From an uncultured Pseudomonadota bacterium (lineage in GTDB: Bacteria; Oederibacteriota; Muellerivitia; Muellerivitales; Muellerivitaceae), in the NCBI GenBank assembly GCA_963770835.1, contig CAVYRH010000010.1:151266-215265 (forward strand): DNA of 64,000 bases, given 5' to 3'. The notes under the pieces were generated by a model, which had not been told where the DNA came from, did no database searches, and saw only the letters and a program-made list of their open reading frames with translations. A program made the position numbers and the translations under genes. Within the stretch, counting starts at the first letter, position 1. Each line of letters starts with the position of its first letter. This document shows positions 1 to 12,180 of the stretch, one piece after another.

Positions 1-1
1 G

Positions 2-1039
2 GGGGAAAACCGGCAATTTCTCCCAATGGACCATGGGTTTTTGTCCCTTTTGACCCTTCCATGGCGCTTGACCATGCCCCAAGCGGGGGATGGTCAGTGG
101 ATCGGACCACTTTTCCTGGCTTTCTTACCGGCGCTTTTCTTTCTTCAAACCAAGGATTTATCCCTCAAATTCCTTACGAAGACCGTCCTTTTGGGCTTTG
201 TTTTAGGCCTTTATCTTTCACACATGCTTCGCTTTGTGATGCCATTTTTTGTTTTGTGTCTCCTTCTTTTTTCGGTCTTTTTCTTCGTACAAAAAGGTAC
301 CAGGTGGAAAACCCTTTGGATAACTTCAGTTTTGGCTAGCGCGATCCTATTTTTCGGAAATTATCTGGATTTAAGTGCCGCGCATTATGGCGGTTCTGGA
401 ATCTGGAGGGGATTGGAAACGAGGCAGGAATACCTGGACCAAGAACTTCCCAATTCTTACGAGCCGTTGGCCCGGTGGACGGATGAAAATTTACCCCAGG
501 ACGCGCGGCTTTTAATCGTGGGGGATTCGCGGGGCGTTTATTATGAACGCCCCTACTTCGCCCAGTCCGTTTTCGACGAGCCCTTTTTCGCCCGTGCGGC
601 CCGGCGGGCCAAGGATGCCGGCGAAATTTCTCGGCAACTTCGGCAATTGGGGGTCACGCATTTGGCGGTCAATATCCCGGAGGGGTTGAGGGTTTCCAAA
701 GAGTACCACCAGTACGAACTCAGTCCGGAGGAATGGGAAAGGCTGGATGACTTTTTCCGGTCGGGGTTAAAACCCATTTATTGGAGGAACTTTCAAGGTG
801 TTTATGAGATAAAACCCCAAGGGAACGGATCGGCAAAGAACCCTGAAATCGATCCTTTTTCCTTTTTCTCTGCCCAGGCATATGATTTTGTCGAAAACTT
901 CCAATTGAAAAATTTTCCCGGGGCCGAAGAGAACCTTTCCGAATTGTTAGTGCTTTTCCCGCAGGACGACTACTGGCGGAGCCAAAAAGCCCTTCTTCGG
1001 AAGGCCGAACGGGAATCCGCCTCGACAACCCGGAATTGA
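2..1039 (+). CDS. GT-C fold (ArnT/PMT-like) membrane glycosyltransferase, 5'-truncated by window edge
   Basis: Frame is open from the window start; several TM segments; C-terminal half is paralogous to the next gene (ARLLIVGDSRGVYYERP vs ARLLVVGDARGLYYDRP). Confidence 0.7.
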   Translation, partial: GENRQFLPMDHGFLSLLTLPWRLTMPQAGDGQWIGPLFLAFLPALFFLQTKDLSLKFLTKTVLLGFVLGLYLSHMLRFVMPFFVLCLLLFSVFFFVQKGTRWKTLWITSVLASAILFFGNYLDLSAAHYGGSGIWRGLETRQEYLDQELPNSYEPLARWTDENLPQDARLLIVGDSRGVYYERPYFAQSVFDEPFFARAARRAKDAGEISRQLRQLGVTHLAVNIPEGLRVSKEYHQYELSPEEWERLDDFFRSGLKPIYWRNFQGVYEIKPQGNGSAKNPEIDPFSFFSAQAYDFVENFQLKNFPGAEENLSELLVLFPQDDYWRSQKALLRKAERESASTTRN

Positions 1040-1046
1040 GGGCACT

Positions 1047-3317
1047 GTGAACCAAGACAGTCATCCGACGGTGGCGGAAAACCGCGGCGGGTTCATCTCT
1101 TTGGGGATTGGGCTGGGTTGGGCATCTTGGGTTTTCTTTAGTTATTTTCTTTCCAAAACCCATCCCTTGCTTCAGGCCTTGTCCTTTACGGCAAAACTGC
1201 TGGATACCGATTCCGCTCTCCCTTCTTCAGGCCAAAGGTTTTGGGAAATCCAATGGGAATCACTCCGGATATTATTAACCGCTTTCGGCATCTCGGGCGC
1301 CACATGGGTTCTGGGCCTTCGGATCCGACGATGGCTTTCCCTGGAACTGCCCGATCCTTGGGTCCGCTTTGCCTTTGATTTCGGTCTGGGGGTTTGTTTC
1401 TTAAACCTTTTTTGGATCGGAACCGGCCTGGCGGGGCTTTGGTACAAGCCCGTCTGGATGGCGGCGGGACTGCCGCTCCTCTTGCCCCTTGTGTTCGAAA
1501 TTTTTTCGCTTTTCAAAAAAGGGATCCGCGGGTTTTTCCCAAAGGAGGCCAGCCTCACTTTTCTTTTCCTTGCGGGTGCCTTCTATTGGATTTTTACCGT
1601 CCTTCAAAACCTGGCGCCTGAAACCTTTTACGATTCGATGGTGTACCACCTGGCTGTGCCGTGCTATTGGTTTTTCCACCACGGCCTCGCGGATTTTCCG
1701 ACGAATTTTTTTTCGAATTATCCCTACGGCGCCGAGCTTTATTTCCTGACCGGCTTGGCCTGGCAGGGAACAGAATGCGCCAAGATATTACACGCCGTTG
1801 CCACCGGCGTTTGCGCCCTGCTGGTGGGCGGTTGGGCGAGGGAAATAGGGGGTGCGAAGGCAGGCTGGCTGGCTTTGGGGTTCACCCTCACCCTGCCGCT
1901 CCTTACCGTCAATAGTTGGAGCACTGAAGTGGAGGGGTTCCTATCCCTTGCCGTCGTGCTTTTCATTTACGCCCTTAATCGTCTCGCGGTGGAAAAGACC
2001 CAGCCCATGGTTTGGGCTTTGGGGACGGGTCTTTTCGCGGGGCTGGCCCTTTCCACCAAATACACCGCATTTTTGGTCGTGGGAGGAGCCCTACTCGTTT
2101 TGGCTATTCAACGGATTCGTTTATTTAAAAGAGAAAATTGGAGGCTTTGGTTGGTCCTGGCATTGGCCAGTCTGCTCCTGATAAGCCCCTGGATTTTTAA
2201 AAACCTCATTTTTACTGGAAATCCCTTCTTCCCTTACTTGATGGCCCATTTTCCGGGCCGGCATCTTCTCCCCGAGGGGTATGAACGCTTATTGCAGGAA
2301 CAGCATGCCCGTGTGACCACCGACGGCTGGTCCTGGCTTTTATTGCCTTGGACCCTCACCATGGCCAACCCCGATAGTTATAACTTTTGTGGGCCCCTGG
2401 CCCTGGCATTAGTGCCCTTTCTCTTCATGTTCCGTCTTCGCCATCCGGCGTTACGGTTCCTGGCAGCCCTTATTCCGCTCCTCTTGGCCGCCGGTTTTGC
2501 GGTCACCCACATCCTTCGTTTCGTGCTTCCAGTCTTTGTCCTTTTGAATATCCTCGCCGGGTCGGTCTTGGCAGGAGGGGACAAGCCAAACTGTGGAAAG
2601 GGATGGGCTTGGGTCGGGGGCTTTTGCGCCATCTTTTGTTTCGTCTATCTAAGCGTAATCAGCTATTACTATTATTCCTGCGCTGGCATTTGGTCGGGAA
2701 AACAAACTAGGGCCGAATACCTCATGAGTCCGGGCAAAATAACGCCCTATTACGATACCGCCCAATGGATCAACCAGAACCTACCTCCGGAGGCTCGCCT
2801 GCTGGTCGTTGGGGACGCCCGCGGGCTTTATTACGATAGGCCCTTCCTCACCAACAGTGTTTTTGACGAACAAGAATTATCAAAGGCGGCAAAGCAGGAA
2901 ACGGCCCCTGGAGGGATCGCCCGACGTCTGAAGGAACTGGGCGTAGATTACCTGGTGGTGAACGGGGCGGAAGGCATCCGCGTGGCTGTCGACTATCACC
3001 ACTACGACCTGACTTCCGAACAATGGAAAAGGCTGGATGATTTCATCCAACAAGATACCGAGGTGGTTTACCAGCAGGGGCTCCAGGGGGTATACCGTAT
3101 TCTTTCATCGCCAACCGCTTCCCACCGGGCCGAGACACTTGATTTGATTTTGTTCTTTTCTAAACCTGCGTCGCAATTTGTCAAGGACGTCCAACGGCAC
3201 CAATGGGGCGAGGCGGAGGAGAATTTGAACGAAGCTTTGAGTTTGTATCCTTTCTCGAAATTTTGGGAAGCGCAAAAAGACCAATTCGACCAATCGATGA
3301 AGGCTGTTGTTAATTGA
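1047..3317 (+). CDS. GT-C fold (family 39/ArnT-like) polytopic glycosyltransferase
   Basis: Many TM helices; YDSMVYHL, GLALSTKYT and GNPFFPY motifs typical of GT-C enzymes. Confidence 0.75.
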   Translation: MNQDSHPTVAENRGGFISLGIGLGWASWVFFSYFLSKTHPLLQALSFTAKLLDTDSALPSSGQRFWEIQWESLRILLTAFGISGATWVLGLRIRRWLSLELPDPWVRFAFDFGLGVCFLNLFWIGTGLAGLWYKPVWMAAGLPLLLPLVFEIFSLFKKGIRGFFPKEASLTFLFLAGAFYWIFTVLQNLAPETFYDSMVYHLAVPCYWFFHHGLADFPTNFFSNYPYGAELYFLTGLAWQGTECAKILHAVATGVCALLVGGWAREIGGAKAGWLALGFTLTLPLLTVNSWSTEVEGFLSLAVVLFIYALNRLAVEKTQPMVWALGTGLFAGLALSTKYTAFLVVGGALLVLAIQRIRLFKRENWRLWLVLALASLLLISPWIFKNLIFTGNPFFPYLMAHFPGRHLLPEGYERLLQEQHARVTTDGWSWLLLPWTLTMANPDSYNFCGPLALALVPFLFMFRLRHPALRFLAALIPLLLAAGFAVTHILRFVLPVFVLLNILAGSVLAGGDKPNCGKGWAWVGGFCAIFCFVYLSVISYYYYSCAGIWSGKQTRAEYLMSPGKITPYYDTAQWINQNLPPEARLLVVGDARGLYYDRPFLTNSVFDEQELSKAAKQETAPGGIARRLKELGVDYLVVNGAEGIRVAVDYHHYDLTSEQWKRLDDFIQQDTEVVYQQGLQGVYRILSSPTASHRAETLDLILFFSKPASQFVKDVQRHQWGEAEENLNEALSLYPFSKFWEAQKDQFDQSMKAVVN

Positions 3318-3351
3318 AGGTCCGGACAGAAATTTTTTAAAGGATGCCCGA

Positions 3352-5241
3352 ATGACCGATCGTATTCAAAAAACTTTATTGGCCCTTCTGATCCTTTGGG
3401 TGCCGCTGTCCTTTTTCGGGCGGGCGGCGGATGGCTTTACGCTCGCGAAAGAGCTGGTGGCCGCAATGGTCATTGCTTTTTTTGCGGTCCGAATCGCTTG
3501 GGAGGGCCGTTGGGTTTTTCGTCAGCCTTTAATACAAGTTTCGCTGTTATTTGTTCTTTGGATGATTCTTGATTCCTTCGGTGTGGGCCTGCTGAAGATG
3601 GAAGTCCTGAAAGGGTCCGTCCATCTTCTCTTAATAGCGGGAACCCTCTTGGCAGTGGTCTTCGCCTCTTCCCGAGGTTTTTCCTATGAGAAGGCTGTCC
3701 GTTATGCCCTCCTGGCCGGCGCCTTGACGGCCCTTTACGGGATCGCGCAAAGCCTGGGGGTGGACCGGGGAAATTGGACGACCCAATTTGAACGGCGGGC
3801 TTTCGCCACCCTGGGCAACCCGGACTACCTGGGGGGCTACTTGGCCGCCCTTCTCCCCATCTCCTTCATCTTCCTACTTCGTGATTTTGGCAAGAAAAGC
3901 GCCTGGCTTTGGCTGAACGCCACCTTACTCATGGGGGCGGCGATCTTCGCCACCCGCGTCCGGGGCGCCGAAGCGGCGGCCCTAGCAGGCTTTTTGTTCC
4001 TTGCAATCGTCCTATTTACACCCTGGGGAAGGGAATTGGCCCGGCGGAACCGGCTTTTCCTTAGGGTCAGCCTAGCCCTAGTTTTATCCCTCGGGGGGAT
4101 TTGGACAGCCCTTCATTGGCAGTCCTTCAGCCGGTCTCAAGTTTCGGTCCAACAACGCGTGGATACTTACAAGGTGGTTTGGGAGATCGTGAAGGACCAT
4201 CCCTGGCTTGGCATCGGCTTGGGCCAACTGGGGGTGGAAGTTCCCCTCTATCAATCCAAGCCTTGGGCTCCCGGCGACTATTCAAGCCACCCCTATACCT
4301 ATACCGAGCACGCTCATAATGAGTTCCTTCAGTTTTGGGCGGAAGGGGGCTTGCCCGGCCTTCTTCTATTTTTGGCCGTATTGGCGGCTTTCGCTTGGGT
4401 GGTAGGACGTTTTTTGAGGAACCCCGAATCGAAAAATGAGGATAAGGAATTGTTGATGGGGGTGACGGGAGGCCTCGTCGCTTTGATGGTCCAGTCCGTA
4501 AGCAACTTCCCCCTCCAGGTGGCGCCTACGGCGGTCCTCTTCGGGCTTTTTCTGGCGGCGCCTTTGGCCCTAAGAAAGACCGCCCAAGTTCCCGCGCCTA
4601 TTTCCGTTCCAGTAGCTCAAAGGGTTGTATTGGTCCTGGTTGCTTCCCTTACGGCCATCATTGGATTAAGGGCGGTGGGGGCTTCCATCGCTTTCCGTGA
4701 CACGGTGGGGGAAAGCAATGTCGGGCATGGGCAACTTGCGGCTGAATACGGAGCGCGGCTGGTCTCTTTCTCGCCCATGAACCCTAAGGCTTGGAACGCC
4801 TATGCCAAGGCCCTGGAAGTAGCGAAGCAACCCGACCAGGCTTACCAGGCCTACCAAAAGGCCCTGGACTTGAATCCCAACTACGTCGAGAACATCTTAC
4901 CGATGGCGGATATACGGGTCCAGCAAGGGCGGTTCGCCGAGGCCGTGGACCTGTGCCGGCAAGCCCTGGCCATAACCCCCAATTACGCCGCCATGCTCTG
5001 GCCCCTGGCCGTGAGCCAATTCGAACTGAAACAATACGACGAATCCGCCAAGGCCTTCGAAAACTATTTGGCTTACGTCCCGAACGACTTCCAAACCTAT
5101 TTGAACCTGGGGGTTTGCTATATCCAATTGAAACGCAAGGCCGACGCCATCAATGTCTGGAAAAAAGCCTACTCCTTGAACCCCAGCGATCCGCAAGTGG
5201 TTCAATACTTGAAATCCCAAGGCGTGAATCCGACTCCTTAA
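3352..5241 (+). CDS. O-antigen ligase / O-oligosaccharyltransferase family protein with C-terminal TPRs
   Basis: TLGNPDYLGGY, HPWLGIGLG and HAHNEFLQ Wzy_C motifs; TPR tail; start chosen at ATG 3352. Confidence 0.85.
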   Translation: MTDRIQKTLLALLILWVPLSFFGRAADGFTLAKELVAAMVIAFFAVRIAWEGRWVFRQPLIQVSLLFVLWMILDSFGVGLLKMEVLKGSVHLLLIAGTLLAVVFASSRGFSYEKAVRYALLAGALTALYGIAQSLGVDRGNWTTQFERRAFATLGNPDYLGGYLAALLPISFIFLLRDFGKKSAWLWLNATLLMGAAIFATRVRGAEAAALAGFLFLAIVLFTPWGRELARRNRLFLRVSLALVLSLGGIWTALHWQSFSRSQVSVQQRVDTYKVVWEIVKDHPWLGIGLGQLGVEVPLYQSKPWAPGDYSSHPYTYTEHAHNEFLQFWAEGGLPGLLLFLAVLAAFAWVVGRFLRNPESKNEDKELLMGVTGGLVALMVQSVSNFPLQVAPTAVLFGLFLAAPLALRKTAQVPAPISVPVAQRVVLVLVASLTAIIGLRAVGASIAFRDTVGESNVGHGQLAAEYGARLVSFSPMNPKAWNAYAKALEVAKQPDQAYQAYQKALDLNPNYVENILPMADIRVQQGRFAEAVDLCRQALAITPNYAAMLWPLAVSQFELKQYDESAKAFENYLAYVPNDFQTYLNLGVCYIQLKRKADAINVWKKAYSLNPSDPQVVQYLKSQGVNPTP

Positions 5242-5382
5242 CCGGAAGCGGTGGAGCTCCAAAACCCGACAAAAATAACGCCTTTGTCCTGAAAAGTTGT
5301 TTTCCCTCCACCCCAATGTTAAATTAAATGGAAGAAAGGGTGTTTTTCGGCTTTGGCCGGGGAATGCTATGAAGGTTTCGCC

Positions 5383-7581
5383 ATGGGTATCCAGGCACTG
5401 TTAGAAAAATCGCCTACCGTCAGTACCTCCGCGCCCGAATCCTCCCTGGATCGCCCCCTCATCCAAAAAGCCTATGAGTTCGCCAAGAAAGCCCATGAGG
5501 GCCAACAACGCCTTTCCGGGGACGCCTACCTGACCCATCTGGTGGGAGTGGCGGACATCCTGGCCGAGCTCCACATGGACTCGGTCACCATCGCGGCAGG
5601 CCTGTTGCACGACATCCTGGAAGACACCAAGGTCACCTACGACGAGCTGAAAGCCGAGTTTGGCGAGGAAATCGCCAACTTGGTGGAAGGCGTCACCAAA
5701 ATCTCCACCCGCCAGTTCCAAGACACCACCCTGCGCCAGGCCGAAAGCACCCGCAAGATGCTGGTAGCCATGGCCAAGGACGTCCGGGTCATCCTCATCA
5801 AGCTGGCCGACCGCACCCATAACATGCGTACCCTCGACTTCCTGCCGCCCGACCGCCGGGAAAAAATGGCCCGGGAAACCCTGGATATCTACGCCCCCCT
5901 AGCCCACCGGCTCGGGATCGCCAAGATCAAGGGCGAGTTGGAGGATCTCTGCCTGAGGTACCTGGAACCCGACGTTTACCAGGATCTGGTCAAGAAGATC
6001 GCCATGAAGCGGTCCGAGAGGGAAAAGGTCCTGGCCCAGGTCATCGAAAGCATCGCGGTCAAGCTGAAAGAGGCGGGCATCTCGGCCCAGGTCCAGGGCC
6101 GTTCCAAGCATTTCACCAGCATCTACCACAAGATGAAACAGCAGCAGAAAAGCTTCGATGAGATCTATGACCTCATGGCCATCCGGGTCCTGACCAATAC
6201 AGTCAAGGAATGCTACGAGGTCCTGGGGATGGTCCACACCATTTGGAAGCCCCTTCCGGGCCGTTTCAAGGATTACGTGGCCATGCCGAAGAACAACATG
6301 TACCAAAGCCTCCATACTACCGTCATGGGTCCCGAGGCCCAGCCCCTGGAAATCCAGATCCGCACCTACGAAATGCACCGTACCGCCGAGGAAGGCATTG
6401 CGGCCCACTGGATTTACAAAGAAGGCCGCGCCGTGGAGAAAGAAGACCAGAAATTCGCCTGGATGCGGCAGCTCCTGGACCTGCAACAGGACATCAAGGA
6501 CAGCAGCGAGTTTGCCGAGGCCATGAAGGTGGACCTCTTCGAGGACGAGGTCTTCGTCTTCACGCCCAAGGGCGAGGTGAAGGAACTGCCCAAGGGCGCC
6601 ACGGCGCTGGACTTTGCCTACGCCGTCCACACGGACGTCGGCACCCATTGCATGGGGGTGAAGGTGAACGGCCAAATGGTGCCGCTGCGTTACGCCCTGA
6701 AGAACGGGGACATCGTGGAAGTGTTGACCCAGTCCTCCCGCACCCCCAGCCGTGATTGGCTGAAGATCGTCGTCACCAGCCGCGCCAAAAACAAGATCCG
6801 CCATTGGTTCCGGACCCATCTTTCCGCCGACGAAATTGACAAAGGAAAACACCTGTTAGAAAAGGAAGCGGTTCGGCTGGGCGTGGATTTCAACGCCGCA
6901 CTGAAATCAGGGGCGGTGGAGGGGCTGATCGGAACCTTCGGCTGCCACAGCCTGCAGGAACTCCTGGCCAATACGGGCCACGGCGAGATATCGCCCAAGC
7001 AAATCCTGAACAAATTGGCCCCCAAGACCCTGGTGGAAGAACACCCCAGGGTCGAGAAGCACGAGGACAAGCCGGCGGAAACCAAGCCCGCAAAGGGATC
7101 ATCCCCGGCTCCGTCATTGGTGGCGGCCCCCGGAAAGGGCATCTCCATCGGAGGCCAGAAGGATTTCCTCATCCGTTTCGCGCGTTGCTGCACCCCCGTC
7201 CCCGGCGATCCCATCGTGGGCTACGTCACAAGGGGCCGGGGTGTCTCCATCCACCGCACCGACTGCCCCAATACCCTCCAATTGCCGGAGGGGGAAAGCC
7301 GCATGATCCCCGTTTCCTGGGAAGGGAACGTGGGCCAGGTTTACGAAGTGGCCGTCGAGGTCAAGGCCAAGGACCGCGAAAAGCTCCTGGCCGACATGCT
7401 CCTGGCGATCTCGGAGGAAGGCGTCATCATCAACGAGGCCAACGCCAAGGCCTCGGAGGGCGGCTGGGCCCAGGGTTATTTCGTCATCGGCATCTCCCAG
7501 TCCGACCAGCTGGAAAAAGTGTTGAAAAAACTGCAGAGGGTCAAGGGCGTGGTCAGCGCCCAGCGTATCGAACCCCGGTAA
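5383..7581 (+). CDS. rel: Bifunctional (p)ppGpp synthetase/hydrolase (long RSH)
   Basis: HD motif LLHDILEDT, KLADRTHNMRTL, RFKDY, YQSLHTT, EIQIRT; TGS, CC and ACT domains. Confidence 0.97.
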   Translation: MGIQALLEKSPTVSTSAPESSLDRPLIQKAYEFAKKAHEGQQRLSGDAYLTHLVGVADILAELHMDSVTIAAGLLHDILEDTKVTYDELKAEFGEEIANLVEGVTKISTRQFQDTTLRQAESTRKMLVAMAKDVRVILIKLADRTHNMRTLDFLPPDRREKMARETLDIYAPLAHRLGIAKIKGELEDLCLRYLEPDVYQDLVKKIAMKRSEREKVLAQVIESIAVKLKEAGISAQVQGRSKHFTSIYHKMKQQQKSFDEIYDLMAIRVLTNTVKECYEVLGMVHTIWKPLPGRFKDYVAMPKNNMYQSLHTTVMGPEAQPLEIQIRTYEMHRTAEEGIAAHWIYKEGRAVEKEDQKFAWMRQLLDLQQDIKDSSEFAEAMKVDLFEDEVFVFTPKGEVKELPKGATALDFAYAVHTDVGTHCMGVKVNGQMVPLRYALKNGDIVEVLTQSSRTPSRDWLKIVVTSRAKNKIRHWFRTHLSADEIDKGKHLLEKEAVRLGVDFNAALKSGAVEGLIGTFGCHSLQELLANTGHGEISPKQILNKLAPKTLVEEHPRVEKHEDKPAETKPAKGSSPAPSLVAAPGKGISIGGQKDFLIRFARCCTPVPGDPIVGYVTRGRGVSIHRTDCPNTLQLPEGESRMIPVSWEGNVGQVYEVAVEVKAKDREKLLADMLLAISEEGVIINEANAKASEGGWAQGYFVIGISQSDQLEKVLKKLQRVKGVVSAQRIEPR

Positions 7582-7603
7582 ATTTGTATTACAATCTGTG
7601 ACT

Positions 7604-8644
7604 ATGAAACTAACATTTGCTGTTTTCTTTTTTCTGACGATTTCTGTCTCTGCCGTCTCTTCTGCACAAATTACTCCGGTTGTTCCTTGGCAAACCTGGA
7701 TGCCCCAATATGAAAAATTTTTAAATCACCCAAGTGGAAACTTATTGAAAGTTCTCGACGAATATCAGGTACCAGACAGAGAAGGAGACGAGTTTTTTAA
7801 GGATCTAAAAGGCAAATATGTTGAAGATGAAAACGAAGAAAGGATTTTCCTAAACGAATTAGCTGCGGCGGAACCTGTTGTTGTTTCGTCAAAATTGAAT
7901 GATGGAAGAATAGTTTTGGTTATTTCCTTTTTAAAAGATGGTCCTGTTTTTAGCGGTGTTTTTTTAGGTGAGAAAGGGAAGTTGACTTATTTAGGCATGG
8001 TTACAACGGATGGCCAATACGAAATGTTTAAACCTATGATTTTTGAAGGGCCTCAAAAAGTATTTGTTTTTCTCGGGAATCAAACTAATGGTGGTACGGG
8101 GATAGCGGCTTATGATTACGACGTATACCAAATTGAAAGTGGGAAATTAATTTCTGTTTGTAATATTCCATTGGAAGGTTCAACAAGTGAATGGTTGCCA
8201 TATTTGACCGTTGACTATAAATCGGAATTCAGAGCTGTAAAAAGGGATTTCCGTGACCAATTGCAGGTAAAAGTGAAATACAAATTCGGAATTGATGTAT
8301 TTGAATTTACGAACACGGGTGGGTGCATAACCGATAAAACGCCGGATAGTGATTTTCTCTTGTTTGATGACGAGTTGGTTTTTAATTATGATCTCCAATA
8401 TTTTCCGATGGGAAATGAGAAAAACAAAACTGTCTTCGAGAAAAATTGTGCTTCAGCTACTACTGAATTGAAGAACTCAACCTTTCTTCAAGACCATTTT
8501 GGAAAATTAAAAATTCTAGCCAAAAGTGGGACAAAATCTCAAAAATGCTGGCTACAGGAACTCTTAAAAGATAATGAAGTCAAGAAGATGAAGGATTCAC
8601 ATTATCGCGATGAATTAGCAACAATTTTAAATGGAAAGATCTAA
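7604..8644 (+). CDS. Hypothetical secreted protein, AT-rich
   Basis: Signal-peptide-like N-terminus; visibly lower GC than flanks. Confidence 0.7.
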   Translation: MKLTFAVFFFLTISVSAVSSAQITPVVPWQTWMPQYEKFLNHPSGNLLKVLDEYQVPDREGDEFFKDLKGKYVEDENEERIFLNELAAAEPVVVSSKLNDGRIVLVISFLKDGPVFSGVFLGEKGKLTYLGMVTTDGQYEMFKPMIFEGPQKVFVFLGNQTNGGTGIAAYDYDVYQIESGKLISVCNIPLEGSTSEWLPYLTVDYKSEFRAVKRDFRDQLQVKVKYKFGIDVFEFTNTGGCITDKTPDSDFLLFDDELVFNYDLQYFPMGNEKNKTVFEKNCASATTELKNSTFLQDHFGKLKILAKSGTKSQKCWLQELLKDNEVKKMKDSHYRDELATILNGKI

Positions 8645-8694
8645 GAATGTTTATCAATAATTCTCTTAGGTATTTAGAATTTGGAGGTTAATTA

Positions 8695-9084
8695 ATGGAC
8701 CGTAAAATTATTAAAACCGACAGGGCGCCGGTGCCCATAGGGCCTTATTCCCAGGCAATTGAAGCATCTGGCTTCATCTTTTGCTCTGGCCAAATACCAC
8801 TTGACCCTCAAACGGGCGTGTTAATTCAGGGCGACATGGTGGCGCAAACCCGTAGAATCTTGGAAAATATGGAAGCTGTACTGATGGCGGCAGGAGCCGA
8901 TCTGAAGAACACGGTGAAGCTGACGGTTTACCTGACCAACTTGGGCGATTTTGATGCCCTTAATAAGGTGCTCGCCGAGAAATTCCCCGATGCCCCGCCG
9001 GCCCGGGCCGTCGTCCAGGTTTCGGCCCTGCCGAAGGGGGCTTCGGTGGAGATGGATTTAATCGCAGTTAAAAGTTCCATTTAA
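8695..9084 (+). CDS. ridA: RidA/YjgF enamine-imine deaminase
   Basis: IGPYSQA, SGQIPLDP, PPARAVVQVSALPKGASVEMD; GGAGG RBS. Confidence 0.92.
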   Translation: MDRKIIKTDRAPVPIGPYSQAIEASGFIFCSGQIPLDPQTGVLIQGDMVAQTRRILENMEAVLMAAGADLKNTVKLTVYLTNLGDFDALNKVLAEKFPDAPPARAVVQVSALPKGASVEMDLIAVKSSI

Positions 9085-9095
9085 GAACGGGAAAA

Positions 9096-10415
9096 ATGTC
9101 CGAAACTTTTTGTGTCAAACACACCGGCAAGATGGCCGTCGGTTATTGCTCCAGGTGCAATAAACCCTATTGCGACGAATGCCTGGACATGGAAACAGGG
9201 AAGCCTGTTTGCCACGATTGCTTGAAAATGAAATCTGCCCCTTCAATGAACCCTGGGCTTGCTGGAGGAGCGCCGACGCCCGCCGCTCCACCAGGACCGA
9301 TGGCCGGATCGCCCCTGAACTTTAAGGGAAGGGGTTTGGACGACGACCCCCTGGGCCTATTTGGAGGGGGGGGCGGGCCCAAGATAGGAGCTCCCAAACC
9401 GAATCCCCTTACTACACCGGCCAAGCCGCCCGTGATGCCCGCACCGACACCGGCTATGCCGCCGTCCCTGAAACCCACAGTCTCTATGCCCAGCTTGGAC
9501 CAACTGGGGAAGCCTTCCACGCCCTCGGAAAAAATAGTGGCTCCCACGCCCAAGATCCCAATGGATTTGGACACCTTGATCCGGGAACCCCAACCCTTAA
9601 GGCCTCCCTTTCCCCAACCTTCCTCCTCCGTGCCAGCCCCCGTTGCGACGCCATCTGCCCTGCCTTTTCCGGTGGATGTTCCGGCCGCGGAAGTGTCGAA
9701 ACAAAAAAAAATATTTTCGCTGGTTAAGATTTGGGCCAAATACCTCATCCGCCGCGCTTATGAGTTTTTTGATCCCCTGGCCAAGAAATTAAAGGTTCCG
9801 ACCTTCGTTGTCCTTGTTCTTTTGATTGCCCTCCTGGTGGGCGGAACCATCGGGATCGGCGCCGTCCTGAACCAACCTTCCGTCCCAACGGTGGATACCA
9901 TCCAGCCCCTCCATTTCGTGGAGGTCAGCTCCAGCCAGGTCAGTGAGATGGACATCACCGCCTATACCGACCTCCAAAACCAGATTCAAACCATGGGTTT
10001 TCAACCCGTCCTGCAGATGACTGTGCCCCAGTTGCCTTCCCCCAATTTTTTCGATGTGAGCATGAAAGAAGACGCCGGCACTTACAGTGAAATCATCAAG
10101 ATGCCCGGCCAATTGGCGCCCCGCCTTTCCTTCGTCACCGTTTTCACGAACGGCGTCTGGTTTTCCACCAACGCCTGGGAGGGGACCAACCAATCACTGA
10201 ATACTTTGGAGAGCGAGTTCTACCCCGGCGACACGCCGGACCAGCTTTACGTCCAACACATACAGACCCTGGAAAAATTGAAACAGGATAAAGAATGGGA
10301 GGTCCAGTCCCTGAGTGAAAACCGCTACATGGCGGCTCTTTCCGACCGTGTCCGGTGGTTCCTCGACAAGAAGGGTGTTCCCGCCTACCAAGCCGATTTC
10401 AACTTGTGGCATTGA
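9096..10415 (+). CDS. B-box zinc finger, Pro-rich linker, single-TM protein
   Basis: CxxH-x8-CxxC-x4-CxxC-CxxC N-terminus, Pro-rich middle, one hydrophobic helix, globular C-terminus. Confidence 0.7.
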   Translation: MSETFCVKHTGKMAVGYCSRCNKPYCDECLDMETGKPVCHDCLKMKSAPSMNPGLAGGAPTPAAPPGPMAGSPLNFKGRGLDDDPLGLFGGGGGPKIGAPKPNPLTTPAKPPVMPAPTPAMPPSLKPTVSMPSLDQLGKPSTPSEKIVAPTPKIPMDLDTLIREPQPLRPPFPQPSSSVPAPVATPSALPFPVDVPAAEVSKQKKIFSLVKIWAKYLIRRAYEFFDPLAKKLKVPTFVVLVLLIALLVGGTIGIGAVLNQPSVPTVDTIQPLHFVEVSSSQVSEMDITAYTDLQNQIQTMGFQPVLQMTVPQLPSPNFFDVSMKEDAGTYSEIIKMPGQLAPRLSFVTVFTNGVWFSTNAWEGTNQSLNTLESEFYPGDTPDQLYVQHIQTLEKLKQDKEWEVQSLSENRYMAALSDRVRWFLDKKGVPAYQADFNLWH

Positions 10416-10460
10416 TCCGCTTCTCTTCACGTCCTCAACTTTTTCCCGAAAAGTGGGCCG

Positions 10461-10489
10461 TTGACACTCCCTGATTGGCGCACTATATT
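10461..10489 (+). promoter_or_regulatory. Sigma70 promoter of guaB operon
   Basis: TTGACA-17bp-TATATT. Confidence 0.75.
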
Positions 10490-10582
10490 AACGCGAATTT
10501 CCCCTCATTTTTCCTAAGCCGAATCGGGCAATGGAAATGGGGGTCACGCAGTTTCCCTCATTGGGCCGGTGGCCTATTTTAA

Positions 10583-12085
<1,503 letters not shown>

Positions 12086-12087
12086 AG

Positions 12088-12170
12088 GGCAGCTCGCAGC
12101 TGACAGTTGGCAGTCCGCAGCAACTGCTTAAAACCATAAAGCCATCTTGCTGTGACTGTGAACAGATTCT
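12088..12170. repeat. Degenerate 7-bp-period repeat array with inverted partner
   Basis: ggcagct cgcagct gacagtt ggcagtc cgcagca followed by tgctgtg actgtga. Confidence 0.6.
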
Positions 12171-12180
12171 GGAGGTTTTC

